NCBI GenBank assembly: GCA_964016885.1 | Contig: OZ024750.1 | Location: 744,001 to 808,000 of the forward strand | DNA from: Eledone cirrhosa | Lineage: Eukaryota | Length of the DNA stretch: 64,000 bases | Direction: 5' to 3' | In this document: positions 49,201 through 62,520 of the stretch, piece after piece | Position numbering within the stretch: position 1 is the first letter of the stretch | Layout: each line of letters starts with the position of its first letter | Made by a program: the position numbers and the translations under genes | Notes under the pieces: model-generated | Databases searched by the model: none | What the model was told of the DNA's origin: nothing | Seen by the model: only the letters and a program-made list of their open reading frames with translations

Positions 49201-52200
49201 GAGCATGGCTGGGGTGGGAGAATGAGAGAGAATGGTGGAGCATGGCTGGGATAGGAGAAGGATGGAGCATGGCTGGGGTAGGAGAAGGATGGAGCATGGC
49301 TGGGGTAGGAGAAGGATGGAGCATGGCTGGGATAGGAGAAGGATGGAGCATGGCTGGGATAGGAGAAGGATGGAGCATGGCTGGGGTAGGAGAAGGATGG
49401 AGCATGGCTGGGGTAGGAGAAGGATGGAGCATGGCTGGGATAGGAGAAGGATGGAGCATGGCTGGGGTAGGAGAAGGATGGAGCATGGCTGGTGATCTCC
49501 AGTACAGCAAAGAAGCTGTACTGGAGATCACTTGTCCAACCCATGGAAGCATGGGGAAGCAGACATAAAAATGATAAAAAGGTTTAAATTAATAATCAAA
49601 ATATAAGACTTACTTTCTGACGAACCATTAGATTCTTCACTCAACATTTTAATTCGATCTTTGGCACGATTTAGACAAATTTCAAAGAGCTCTGGAATAA
49701 AATAAAGGAGAAAATATTAAATAGAGCTGGAAGATAATATATGAATTTCTGTGTCACACGAAACAAAAGAATTTTGAGGTACATTTTCATAACAAAAGTG
49801 GGAAAGTGTAATAGGTGTGGAGTTTCTCTGGCTATATATGAAAGTGGAATAGGTGAGTCAGTTGTTAGAAAAGTAGGATATAAATATATTTCCAAATAGG
49901 TTGTACTGTCAACAACCACAGAAACTGTCACTGATGGTGATGCCAAGTGCTGCATTTTCCATTAAAATCCTACCTAATTGCTAACAACAAAGGTGAATCA
50001 GTGAACCATAAGAACACCCTATCCAATCCGCAACTGACCAACAGGTAGATCTATAACCAGCATAGATAAGATAGGGGATAACAAAACTTCATTGAAGAGT
50101 GGCTGAATGGAAATGGTTCCTGTCAATATCACCAAGAAGCTTAGCTGCTCTAAGAACTGGGGTCATTACATTTGGTCAGATTTTGAAGGTTTTGCTATCC
50201 TAGATATCTGTCAGACAAAAGAGACAGTAAAACATTTAAAGATTATTTTCTTAAGGAAGAAGAGGCTGTTCCCATGACCTTCATAAGTACTCCAAGATTG
50301 TTCAATTTCTAATATGAACCATGAAAAGGGAATGATATTAAACACCGGAAATCAATGTTTTCTTACGTTATTGATTCTGTTATTTATTACTTTGTCAGAA
50401 GAAGACAAAACCTGATATTGTGCAACAAACATTACTACCAATTCATAAAGCTTATAATTTCTTCTAGAGAATAATGCTCACCTTCAGTGATATTAAGTTC
50501 GTTACCAATTGCTAATTTCCACACTTTGCCTCGAACACATGGTGGTAAACCACACCACCATAGTTCACGGGCTCGTTTTGTTTGTTTCCTGAAATAAAAA
50601 TTGGAAAATATAAAGCATGAGGAAATATTTTATAGAAAGTAAAAGAAAAAAAAGTTGAAGATGATCAAAATTAAAATATTGATTATACATTTACAAAACA
50701 GAAATATATTTGCTCTGTTTGCAAATAAAAAAAATTAGAATTTTTGAAAGTGCGAAGTACTTTATGGCTCCTTATACATGGAACATCCATCCTTAAATAT
50801 TATAATGAAAACTGCTGGCAGATTTAGTCAGAACCGATCCTACTCATGACTCAGATGAATATCAAAGATTAAAAAGATTCTAGTAGTCTTGAAAACCCAC
50901 TCCCATTTCTCTGGGGCAATATGCCAGCTTTAGTCTAGGTAATACTGCAATTACAGTTAGCAAGGTAAAAAAAAAAAAGGTTTATTTTAGTTTGATGTCT
51001 GAGTATTATAAACATTGGAGTAAGTCACCGCAAGGAGTTTAAATAGTGTGTAGGTGTATCTGGTTCCAAATAGGTACACCATATCTCTGCCTCTTGTAAA
51101 AAGTGACTAAAAGGGTTGGTGCCAGGAATAACATAAGGCTGTAAAAGATTGCCTCAATAAAACCACATCCAACCCATGCCAACATAGAAACATTGACATG
51201 ATGATGATGATGATGATGATATTCCAGTTACCGAACATTAAACAGCACTCATCATTCTCACTATTTCTCCTCTCTATTCATCAGTCACTCTTTCACCAGA
51301 AGATCTGTAACTAATTACTGTCTTTCTCTGTCATTCCTTGCACTTCTCATTCACCACCCTCACCTCTACATTTATTATCCAATCATAGTCTTGCTCCCTT
51401 CTTCCATTACACCCCTCCAGCACTCTCTCTCTCCCCCATTACACCCCTCCAGCACTCTCTCTCTCTCCCCCATTACACCCCTCCAGCACTCTCTCTCTCC
51501 CCTTACACCCCTCCAGCACTGTCTCTCTCTCCTCCATTACACCCCTCCAACACTCTCTCTCTCCCCTTACACCCCTCCAGCACTGTCTCTCTCTCTCTCC
51601 CATTACACCCTCCACCACTCTCTCTTTCTCTCCCATCATTCTCAGACTCCTTTCACACAGCCATATTAGTTCTTTTCCTTTCATTTCTCTCTTCTATTCA
51701 CTCTCTTGGTCATACTAACAATAATGTTCAGTAGTGAATACCCTTTAATCTTGCTAAATCCATGGTAAATGGTGACGCCACACTGAAATACACCTGATAC
51801 ACTCTGTAAAGTGGTTGGCAAACAAGTGGCTTGAGCAGATCCATCAGTCCTGCTGACTAAGCAAAGACTAAAGAATATAAGTACAGTATATACTTGAATA
51901 TAAGCTAACCCCTTATTTTATGTCTGAGAAATAGACAAAAATCCAAACCTTATTTATAAGCTGAGGCAGGTAATCAACAAATTGTTTAGATGGTATATAT
52001 AAGCCAACCTCCCATTTTACCATTGATTCTTTGGTCACATATTCTTTGGCTTACATTCAAGTATATATGGCAATTGGTTAAGTTTTTCAGGGAAAAAAAT
52101 ACCTTTTTTTGGAAACAAATCTTTTGAATATTTTAACACTGTTCTCTTGGCCTACAAGGTGGTTGTGGGTGTGGGAAAAATTCTCCACAACCAGGTGACG

Positions 52201-52599
52201 ACACAGGTTGTAACTTCAACTTGCCATACTTTCATACTTCATTCTACACAACACACTCCACATACTTCTTCCCTCCTTCCTTCTCGTGTCTGTCTCCCTT
52301 CACGACAGACCCCGTTTCCCCAGGAGAGGTGAGGAGTGACCCCCACCTCCTCTGAGAAATCCCTGCAATTATTGCTGTAACAGTGGAAGTAACAGCTGAT
52401 ACTTAAATACATAAAACATAAGATAAGACTACTTATAGTAAGTACTTGGAAGATTTAAATAAACATCAATCTAAAACTTACGTGATTTCCCAATTTGGAA
52501 GAACTTCAGAGTTCCAGGTCCTTGCAGCTGCAACCAATTGTTCTTCATGCTTCAGCTGCAGTTGTAGGTGTTTTTTCTTCTGTCGAATGTCTTTTTGTT
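43049..52599 (-). CDS. TBC1D14: TBC1 domain Rab-GAP, TBC1D12/TBC1D14 family, 3' part; exons 52599-52482, 50588-50482, 49691-49614, 48128-48034, 46711-46640, 46381-46253, 45403-45294, 44058-43955, 43251-43049
   Basis: [48 protein letters not shown] (Arg finger), [13 protein letters not shown] (Gln finger), [44 protein letters not shown]. All introns GT-AG and phase-consistent. No further exon was recognised up to 64000. Confidence 0.94.
43955..44058 (-). CDS. TBC1D14: TBC1D12/14 exon
   Basis: [34 protein letters not shown]. Confidence 0.93.
44770..44994. mobile_element. TTAA-bounded non-autonomous DNA element (older family P2)
   Basis: ttaactcttttgatacc...tatggtaagaaaagggttaa; related pieces near 25010-25250, 26850, 29670, 35955, 45060-45234, 55690-56085, 59790, 63130. 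Confidence 0.6.
45294..45403 (-). CDS. TBC1D14: TBC1D12/14 exon
   Basis: [23 protein letters not shown]...[10 protein letters not shown]. Confidence 0.92.
45510..45830 (+). mobile_element. Old, decayed RTE RT fragment
   Basis: [40 protein letters not shown] with stops. Confidence 0.85.
46253..46381 (-). CDS. TBC1D14: TBC1D12/14 exon
   Basis: [15 protein letters not shown]...AFFRVDEGM. Confidence 0.93.
46640..46711 (-). CDS. TBC1D14: TBC1D12/14 exon
   Basis: [24 protein letters not shown]. Confidence 0.93.
47178..47373. mobile_element. Tc1/mariner(pogo)-like MITE
   Basis: cgtatatactt...gcttatatttgagtatata; family shared with 51884-52070 and 53966-54148. Confidence 0.65.
48034..48128 (-). 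CDS. TBC1D14: TBC1D12/14 exon
   Basis: [24 protein letters not shown]. Confidence 0.93.
48160..48368 (-). mobile_element. RTE/SINE 3' tail inside (TA)n
   Basis: catcatcatcg...ccacgctagcatgggttagacg...cagctggatgccctt. Confidence 0.8.
48740..48935 (-). mobile_element. Decayed 3' end of another RTE-like LINE
   Basis: Reverse complement of the 61305-61495 copy. Confidence 0.65.
49015..49492. repeat. G-rich minisatellite, 27-bp unit ggagcatggctggggtaggagaaggat with 38-bp variants
   Basis: About 15 tandem copies. Confidence 0.93.
49614..49691 (-). CDS. TBC1D14: TBC1D12/14 exon
   Basis: [26 protein letters not shown]. Confidence 0.9.
50482..50588 (-). CDS. TBC1D14: TBC1D12/14 exon
   Basis: [32 protein letters not shown]. 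Confidence 0.93.
51405..51640. repeat. Minisatellite ccattacacccctccagcactctctctctcc
   Basis: About 7 copies with a variable CT tract. Confidence 0.88.
51884..52070. mobile_element. Tc1/mariner(pogo)-like MITE
   Basis: TIRs cagtatatacttgaatataagc / gcttacattcaagtatatatgg. Confidence 0.7.
52482..52599 (-). CDS. TBC1D14: TBC1D12/14 exon
   Basis: [38 protein letters not shown]. Confidence 0.9.
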
Positions 52600-53965
52600 C
52601 TGAAAGTTGGTTTGGAAATTCAAGTTTTAAAAGTATTGAAAACAACCAGAAATAAAATGAAACAAAAACTTCAACAATTCAAGCAACTCGGTTAAACCAA
52701 GCATCGATAGATGTGTGTCCAATACAATAGCAACTTCACCATAAATAATAACTCTGCTAAACCAAGCATCAATAGATGTGAGTGTCCAATACAATAGCAA
52801 CTTCACCATAAATAATAACTCAATTTCATTATCATATCTCAATTACATGCTTCATTTCCATTTTAAATCTAAGGTACCATGCTTATGTAAAAATCTCTCT
52901 CCCACATACATTAATTTTCTATTAGGTCATCCCATAAATATTGTAGTTTTTTTAAATTGTATGCAATAAAAGCCAGAGGTGGTGGGAATAAACACCTGCA
53001 TAAACTTGCTATAAAAGCAGGTATTAAATTCACCTTGTCCTCATTCTTAGTGTAAGCTTTGAAAGGTGCAGTTTATCATAATTTTTTTTTTAAATATAAG
53101 AAGTTTAAAAAAGATCAAGTCATTAACTCTTGTACAGCATCAAACTGCATTACAAGACATTCCTGAAAAGTAAAAAAAAAAAAAAATAACACCATGACAT
53201 TAAAAAGTCTTTAGTTTACTGCAATTTTCTACAATGATCTGTCCATTAGTAGACATACCACAGACATTGGAATTAACAAACCCATTTTAAAGATATTTTC
53301 AGCAAAGTTAGGTGTTTAAATCTCATCTCTTTTAGTATACAAACAGAAACAATAGTCTCCCTCTCTCTTACACACGTGTACACACCTCTACATGCACACA
53401 CTATGTAAAGAGGAAGAGTAATCACAACAGAGTCAATAGGGAATCAATCTAAAAATTGTATGTTGTTTGGCGAGATACTGAGGTGTTCTCTGTAGGCCTT
53501 GGATATTTAAAAACTTTTATGTGTATCATCATCATCGTTTAACATCCATTTTTCCATGTTAGCGCCATTAGATGAGTTGCCCCATTTGAGACAAGTCAGA
53601 TCAGATGACTGTGCCTTGCTTATACAGAACTGTTTCTGGCTTGGTTTCTGCAGCTGGATGCCCTTCCTAATGTCAACCACATCTGGGTGCTTTTTATCGT
53701 GGACACCAATACAACCACTTTACAGTGTGGGCTGGGTTTACAAAAGTAAAATATAATCAAAGATAGGCCACTTACAAAGAGAAGTTTTTCATCTCCATGT
53801 AACTAAAGTAAATAAAGCACAGTAAATGTATATTATCTGTTTTGGTAGTTCTAGTCATGGGAAAGAGAAGTAGCTGTGATATACATTGTAATCCCATCCT
53901 GGTCATTTACTAAGGTTCAGCATGATTGTTTAAATAAAAGTCTGTGTCTGGTTTCTTTTCATTTA

Positions 53966-54148
53966 CTGTGTACACTCCAATATAAGCTGACCCCCACCCC
54001 ACTTTTTATGTCTGAGAAAATCCCAACCCCGTTTATAAGCCAGGGCAGCTAATCAACACGTTAGATGGCATATATAAGCCCCAACCTCCCATTTTACCAT
54101 CAAATTGTTTGGTCCAATATTCCTTGGCTTATATTTGAGTATATACAG
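53966..54148. mobile_element. Tc1/mariner(pogo)-like MITE with TA target duplication
   Basis: TA|ctgtgtacactccaatataagc...gcttatatttgagtatatacag|TA. Confidence 0.8.
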
Positions 54149-54847
54149 TACTAAGGTTCAGCATGATTGTTTAAATAGAAATCAGTGGTTTCTTTTGACA
54201 TAGGTAGATGACAGTAATCTATACTGCAACCATCTTGAGAGGTGACAGTGTAAACAACTCAACATAAATGCACCCCTCTCGCACCCCCCAAAACAACCAA
54301 AGAAACAGGTAGACAGTAGCCATCTGGATATACAACAATACAGCAACTATTTTTATATAAGAAGTCAGTAGCTGACTTGACAACAGATTGAGCAACAGTT
54401 TTGACAAGAAGATTTATCTACTTTCTATTCTAGAAGTTTTCAATCTACTGCTTTTTTCAGCTTTCTTCTGCTGGCTGTAATGTAGGCCTACCTGTCCACA
54501 ATTAGGGTTAAATGAGGGTGGTCATATGGCCAGATGGTTAGCTTTAGCAATCATAACCTAGGTAGAGTTTGAACTCAGAATATAAAGAGAACAGAAACCA
54601 CAAGGAATCTTGTCTAATGCTCTAACAATTCTGTAAATTCATCCTCTTTCATGAAGAATACCTTACCCTGGAGGATGGCGAAGGAGATGTACTGGAACAA
54701 TCACTCCACCTCACAGGTCTCACACCTGTGGGTAGTACCATCCCATCCAGCAGATGATACCATCCTTTATTCCTCCTTAACATTCTGCACCCTAAACCTT
54801 TTCCATCTTAGTTCATCAGGGAGTCAGTCCTTTCATTATTCTCAAGG

Positions 54848-55010
54848 GAAGTGGATTAGCAAAGTCGGTAGAGCATTGGACAATATGCTTTATAGTATAG
54901 AGTTGCAGCCTTTTACGCTCTGAGTTCACATCCTGTTGAGGTTAGCTTTACCTTTCATCCCACCGGTGTCAAAACCCCCTCAAAAGGTCTTGTGTCTACA
55001 TCAGAAAACA
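54848..55010 (+). mobile_element. tRNA-derived SINE, second family
   Basis: gtggattagcaaagtcggtagagcattggac...tgagttcacatcctgttgaggttagctttacctttcatcc. Confidence 0.7.
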
Positions 55011-55269
55011 AAAAAACATTTTTCTAAATTTCTCCCTGCCATATCTAATATTCCAACGACACTGAGTAGTTCAACCAGTTATTATTTCACAACAGTTTTA
55101 GATCATGTTTAAATATTTAATGAATCATTGTTCATTTGGTTTACTAACGATGTAGGATCATTATTGTTAGACTCAACTTCTCATTTTGACACATATATCA
55201 TATTTTATACACCCAGAACCACATTGTTATCGGAGAATTGCCACATGCATTGACTCCTTTTACATATTA

Positions 55270-55548
55270 TACTATCCTTTACTTGCACCACCACCATTAC
55301 TACAACTACCACCACCACCATTACTACGACGACCACCACCACCATTACTACGACAACTAACACCACCACCACCATTACTACGACAACTACCACCACCACC
55401 ACTACTACGACAACTACCACCACCACCACCATTACTATGACAACTACCGCCACCACCACCATTATAACGACTACTACTATTAGTACCACCACCATTATTA
55501 CGATGACTACCACTACTACAATAACCACCACCACTACTACTACTACAG
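55270..55548. repeat. (CAC/TAC/GAC)n trinucleotide-type repeat
   Basis: Directly visible. Confidence 0.9.
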
Positions 55549-55730
55549 TATAGTAAGTAGTATATCCAACCAACATGTACTATATCAGCACCATTGTCAC
55601 CACCAGACAACTCTTTATTTACCATATTTCTCATGAGATATACTGTCTATGCTTTGTTATTGAACTTGACAGTATAAAGGTAAAGTAGACTTAATTTAGG
55701 AAAGATTTACTAAAATTATAATTTCATTAA

Positions 55731-55937
55731 CCCTTTAGTATTTAAACTGGCCATATCTGGCCAGAATTATCTCACCTCTTTCAGTTCACACCGCTGGCCA
55801 TAACTGGGTGCTCATACTTAAGTTAAGGTATTGTTCTCAAAATAAATAATATCAAAATCACGTAGATTCAATATTATGAGATAAAGTGTTTACCGTGAAA
55901 ATACAATAGTAAATATAGTAATGTAAATGCTAAAGGG
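55731..55937 (+). mobile_element. piggyBac-like MITE P1 nested in a P2 element
   Basis: TTAA|ccctttagtattta...taaatgctaaaggg|TTAA. Confidence 0.85.
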
Positions 55938-58059
55938 TTAAGATGATATTTGTAGCATAAAATGTTTTTATATTTATATAATATCATATTGAAACCCTAT
56001 ATATAAGTAGGGACCCTTTAAAATGGGTGGCTTTGATTCACAGAAACAGAAACAGTTTGGGGCAGTTTAGTATGAAAAGTGTTAATTCAAAAGAAATAAG
56101 CAGAGTAAAGTAATGTATAAAGCAGTTATTGACTAAACAGTTGCTAGTACAAGCTTAACTTACATTATACTTTACATTGTGTATATAAAATCGCCTTCAT
56201 TTCACAATGCTTTTGTGTGGCTCTATTAATAATAGACATTTCACTTTAGGGATATTTATGATTTATTCACTTGTTTCTTGCACATTACAACAACAGTTAT
56301 ATTCCAGCAATATTTGGAAAGAAGCCAGTGTAGACCAGGCCTCCTATATCACTTGCAAACACCATAATGTTTTCAGGAAAATATTGAAAGCCACACAAGA
56401 CTTTTAAATAAGATAAATGAATATTTACAATTTTAATTATAAACCACGACGAAGGGCTTTCAACAATATTTATGATAAAATACACTGCCTATGGTTTTCA
56501 AATGTTGAAAGCAATCATCAAGAATTTTAAGAGGTTTAGTAATATAATCGACTTTCTCATCAATCTTATGCCTGGAGTGTAACTTGACAGAGGTTATTAC
56601 ATAGAATTATGCTTTCTGATTTGGCACAAAGACAACAATTTCGGGAAAGTTGATTAAATTGATCCCAGTGCATTACTGGTACTTTATTCTATCAACTCCG
56701 TTGGGATGAAAGGCAAAGCTAACCTCGGTGAGATTTGAACTCAGAACATTAAGGGATGTAACTGTATTTAACAAATATAAACACTTTAAAATAAACAATT
56801 TTGTATAGTAGAACCAGGGGCAGTTTCAGGCTGTTTCATATCAAAAGGGTTAATTTTTTTTTCAAACCTATTTATGTGTATAAGAATGTTATTTTCTTTA
56901 TGCCAGCAGTTTCTGTTATTAAATATTAGTTGTTTTTTTGTTGTTCTATTTTTTCACAATTCATTTGTAGATGTAACAGGAAACTGTAGCAGGTCATATG
57001 AAATAAGTAGCCATATGTTGTGCAGGATGACTGCAAAGAAATAGCAACATAACAAGCACGCTCCACTGAATGTGTGATATTGGTGTCTATAGGTGATAGA
57101 TTGCAGTTAAGCTTGTTATGTGAGGAATGAGGTATGGTGGCACAGGAGAACACTGGCTGTAACTGGCTACTCATACTGATGATAAGGTATTGTTCTCAAA
57201 ATAAATAATAGCAAAATCTCATAGATTCAATATTATGTGAGAGAAAGCCTTTACCGTGAAAATGCAATAGTATATATAGAATAATTGTTTCTACTTTTGG
57301 CACAAGGCCAGCAATGCTGCAAAGCATGTCATCCGACCCTCTTCCGATACTGCTTAGGTAGCATTAGAAATAATATGGTCACAAAGGTTTGACCTAAAAC
57401 AACCTTCATTAACAATATATATTTAGGTGATATAGACACCACTAAAGATTTTTGTATAGCGTAGCTAAGACTAGCCTGTTAGAATTCATTATCTTTTAAG
57501 TTAAAACTTTAAAGGCTTTGAGTTCAGCAATATAAAGTAACAAAACAATGTAGCTTACATCTATAAACTGTACTTAACTCTAATCTATTTACAGCCAAAC
57601 AAACTTTGGACATTTTGGTTGGCAAGCCAACACTAACCCATTAGAAGAACTTTATTATATTATGATTGTTCTCATTTTAGGTCAAACTGACTAGCGATAG
57701 ATTTGAACCTCAAAACAGTATTTACTGAATAAATTGTTAGTCAAGGTTGCTTGAAATAGAGTATTTGTTTATATTTTCATAGTATGTATCTACAACTAAA
57801 TTTATCACATTCACAGACAATATCATTGGCATATGTTCATGAATTACAAGTTACTTATTCAAATAACTTCTATTGACTTACTTTTTCTTGATAACATAAA
57901 TTAATGTCCTGTACCATATGAATGACAGGCGTTAGCAAGGCATTGTGAAAAGTCTAAAACATTGATTTCATCGTATAAAAAAAAAATTCAAGTTTAATGC
58001 AAATTTTCGCATGATGACAATCTGCCCACAAGTAAAGATACTACAAACATCTTGATTAA

Positions 58060-58147
58060 CAAAAAATGTATACACACGATTACCTGTACAGGCAATATTT
58101 ATTAGAATGCTGTTGAAGTGTGTATACATTTTTTGGGACACCTTGTA
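58060..58147. mobile_element. mariner-like MITE remnant
   Basis: caaaaaatgtatacac / gtgtatacattttttgggacaccttgta. Confidence 0.6.
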
Positions 58148-58784
58148 TGTATATATATATATGTGTGTAAGTATGTATGCATACATATACAATGAATATA
58201 TCTAGAAGGACGTTTATATATATATATATATATGTGTGAGTATGTATGCATGTATGCAAGTGTATGCTTTACTTTAAAATTGGTCTTAATTGAAAGGTTG
58301 CTTATAAAGAAGCTATGTATACTTCCTATAATACTTCAGTATATTTGGTAATTGTCAGTTACAACAGTTGATGCCAACTTTGGAGTTAGATGTTCAAACG
58401 GGGGAGGGTGTAATTTCATTGACTTTACAAGAATGAAGCTAAAATTAGCTTTTATTTATTTACTTCTTCAGCCAACAAATATTTTATTTTTTTACTTTTG
58501 CTCAGTCACCCTACTTGACATAGTGAGAAAAGAGAGGGGGAAATAGATATGAGGAAGGTAGAGGTTTAGGAGATAATAGATAGTGGGAGAGTGGAGAGGG
58601 GTAAAAGTAAAAAGAGGAGGAAGAGACAAGTGAGATAAAGGAGAAAAAGAAGAGAGAAATCTGAGATGGAGGAACAATTATTGTTCACTAGAACTAAAAT
58701 AAGGGCTGTACAGATTTTATTGTATTTATTTCACCTAAAGCCCCTGGCAAAACACTTGAACCATATGTATATCTGTATACAGGT

Positions 58785-58931
58785 ACAGGCATGCCTGTGC
58801 TTTGAAACAAACCATGTGGCTTTTGGTTCAGTACCACAACATGGCACCTTGGGTAAGTGTCTTTCATTATAACTCCAGGCTACCCAAAGCTTTGTGAGTG
58901 TATTTCATAGATGGAGGCTGTAAAGAAATGG

Positions 58932-58935
<4 letters not shown>
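58785..58935 (+). mobile_element. Degenerate tRNA-derived SINE, third family
   Basis: ggttcagtaccac...ggcaccttgggtaagtgtctt...caaagctttgtgagtg followed by (TA)n. Confidence 0.6.
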
Positions 58936-58976
<41 letters not shown>

Positions 58977-58979
<3 letters not shown>

Positions 58980-59052
58980 GGAAAAAGTATGACCCCGACG
59001 GCAGAGCTCAAGCCGTCTCGACGGCCATTTCTGGGGTCATACTTTTTCCTAT
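58977..59052. repeat. Small hairpin element with a perfect 20-bp inverted repeat
   Basis: ataggaaaaagtatgacccc / ggggtcatactttttcctat. Confidence 0.8.
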
Positions 59053-59129
59053 TTCCCACTCTACTACCCTAAGTATTTAGTACTATTGTGCGTTATGGTC
59101 CATCTGGTTCCTTACCACAATTCCTTTGT

Positions 59130-59149
59130 TATATATATATATATATATA

Positions 59150-59234
<85 letters not shown>

Positions 59235-59243
59235 TGTGAGTGT
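59130..59243. repeat. (TA)n-(AG)n microsatellite
   Basis: Directly visible. Confidence 0.95.
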
Positions 59244-60146
59244 GTGAAATGTCAGCAAGCAATACTTGTGCAAGATCAACTGTTAGCTAGAGATGTAATT
59301 ATACGATAATGTTGTGGAAAATGGACAGCAACAGAAGCTTCTTAATTGAAAAGTGACATTTAACTGTTAGAACCCAACAATTTCTCTGCTAATTTACTTC
59401 ATATACTTTATCTGTAGTTAAAAGAATATTCTGTTATTCACTATTCAATAGAAATGATAGTTCTCCATGTTCATACAGTACTCCTTACCCTCATACAAAT
59501 ATTTGTTTCTTCTTCAATTGATAATTTCTACCATTATGGTAGTCATAGTATAGAGTGAAAGAATATAATCAACCATGTGGTAATAATAGTCTTAGCAACA
59601 TAAATCTTTAAATATCAGAGGTATTCCACCTCATTGACTTCTAACAATCTTTATAATGTGCATTATTTTCAAACAATTCACAAGAATTGCAGTAAAACCA
59701 ACAGAATGGTAAGAATTACATCATGAGATTTGCATTATTTCAAGAATTTGCTCTAGGATATAAACTGTAACAGTATTTTCTATTTGTTTAACCCTTTTAT
59801 TATCAAACTGCCTGAAATTGGGCCTGGTTTTAGAGTACAAAAGCTGTTTAAAGTGGCTATATTTATCTAAAAACCTCAATGTGACAACCTGTGTAACTAA
59901 AGGCTTTAAGTGTCCATGCAGTCACACATACCCCCCCCCCCCCCCCCCCTGATCCAGAAGAACATTCAAGATGTGACAGAGACAGTTGTAAGGAAAGAGG
60001 GCTGCACCAGCACTGGGCTGGTACTTTCTTTAGTAATCCTGAAATGGATGAAAGGCAAAATGGATCGTGGTGGGATTTGAACTCAGAACATAGAGACCAG
60101 GAACAAATATCTAATGCTTTAACAACACTGCCAAATCCTCCATTAT

Positions 60147-60451
<305 letters not shown>

Positions 60452-61304
60452 CTACAGTGCTGAGACTGAGGAGACAACAAATCATGGGAGTACTTGAAAA
60501 GGCTTGCTGAACATACAAGTTGAAACTACTTGGCGTTGTGGTCAGGATTTTATCTACATATCTATATACATACATATATATATTATATATATCAGTAATT
60601 AGAATTATTCAACAGTATAAACAGTATATCGCAGCGTATAAAGCCTAACAGGATGTATGCTAAAGGCTGTGTCTCTATTCCCTCAAGGGACCAACTGAAT
60701 AGAATCAATAACAGTAATCAAAAATTAATCCACCAAGCTATTGTATAAATAAACTGTATTATGTGGATTGTTATAAATATGGTTTTGATTAAATAATATA
60801 TCACCACTTACATTAGGATGTGTTACTATTAGGCAGTGAAGAGGAAGAAAAAGAAAGAATTCCAAACAAATTTTTGATTCAGCTAACAACAGAATATATT
60901 ACAGAATATATTACAACAGAATATATTAGTGGTAATAAATGAGCCTGCAAAACCTGTTCCTAGAAAAGAAACATCAAGATGAAGTGAACTGGACAACTAA
61001 ACAGCCAGCATCTATATGCTTTATTTCTAGTTCATATGGCAGAAACAAAACATTAAAAAAAGATCTTATTCAAATAACATTGTTGTTTTATTTAAATGTC
61101 ATTGAAATTTAGTTGTTTTTAAAACAGTCAAAGCAAATAAGTTTAGAAAATCAAACCTTCTTAGCATAGATAACATAGATTCTCTTTTTAAAAAGAGAAT
61201 CTATCTTACCACATGCCAGTAATATCAGAGCTGTGATCTATCAATTCAGAGAAGTAGCAGCTTTACTTGGTTAGAATATGTCAAGAAAGAATCACTGGAC
61301 AGAT

Positions 61305-61495
61305 TTTACTGGCAAAATCAACCAGCAGGAGACCCAAACAAGATGCTTGGATAACATCCATGAGCTTAGCTGGTCTCACTTGGGGATCTAGCCAGATCAA
61401 CTAGAGTCAGTTGCTTCTGACAGGACCCATTGGAAAGAGTGTTTGAGGGCTCTGCTCTCATGACCCACTCAGGAATAAATGGGTGAAGAAGAAGA
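61305..61495 (+). mobile_element. Decayed 3' end of an RTE-like LINE with (GAA)n tail
   Basis: [19 protein letters not shown]...SDRTHWKECLRALL resembles RTE C-termini. Confidence 0.65.
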
Positions 61496-62289
61496 ATCTA
61501 TTTTACTGAATTTGTCTCGTTGTTTCTTAAGAGTTCCATTATCATCATCATTATCTTATGGCTGCTTTTCTATGTTAGCTTTACAGACCAAGTCAGTACT
61601 TGAAGCTAATGTCCTCCTAGAAGGGCCAGGGTCTTATATATGCTTTGGTTTTACATGGCTTCTACAGCTGAATACTCTTCCCTAATGCTAATCATTTTAC
61701 AGAGTGTAATGGCCAATCCAAGAGTCAGATCACAAATATATATGAAAGAGAGAGAGAATCAATACCAGTATTGGACACTTTATCAGCCTCATAAAGCAAT
61801 GTTGAGATCGGTGGGATTTGAACTTAGAGTACAATGACGAACATTTTTAATGCGACACTAACAACTCTGCCAATTCACCATCTGCTTCCACAGTAGAGAA
61901 AGACAACAACAAATACAAAGAGACTCGAAACAAAACAAAATTACCTCTAAATGGCATTTTACTTGACACCAACAATTTGTGCAATTGTGCTGCAAGGTAT
62001 GCAACAAAGAATTCAATTGCAGAAAATCTAATTCTTGATAACAACCTGTAATATGGCCTCAATCATTCTGGGTAAGTTTAGAAATAAGCAATTGTTCTCA
62101 TTTATTTCTATAATACTATTATTTCCTGTTGAATTAGAGAACAGCAGTAAATAATTGGAAAGATAACTGAAACGAAAACACTGCTACTTGATCAGAGATA
62201 ATAACAGTTTGACAAGTGACGACTTGTTAGAGTGTAAAGTAATTACAATGACAACACTTGAAGATCTCATTAACTTTCATAGTTATTAA

Positions 62290-62520
62290 CCCTTTAGCAT
62301 TTAAACTGGCCATATCCGGCCAGAAGTCTTTCCCCTCTTTCTGTTTAAACCGGCTGTAACTGATGTTAAAGTATTGTTCTCAAAATAAATAATATCAAAA
62401 TTTCATAGATTCAATATTTTGTGAGATAAAATGTTTACCATGAAAATACAATAGTAAATATAGAGTAATGTGAATGCTAAAATACAATAGTATATATAGA
62501 GTAATGTAAATGCTAAAGGG
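62290..62520 (+). mobile_element. piggyBac-like MITE P1
   Basis: TTAA|ccctttagcattta...taaatgctaaaggg|TTAA. Confidence 0.85.

Noticed and set aside
48973-49568. Repetitive ORFs on both strands
   Set aside because: A stop-free 27-bp minisatellite inside a TBC intron; no splice or homology support.
55186-55634. Pro-, Val- and Gly-rich ORFs
   Set aside because: Trinucleotide repeat artefacts.
61945-62045. Possible minus-strand exon bounded by AG/GT
   Set aside because: Poor polypyrimidine tract and no similarity to the expected upstream TBC1D12/14 sequence.
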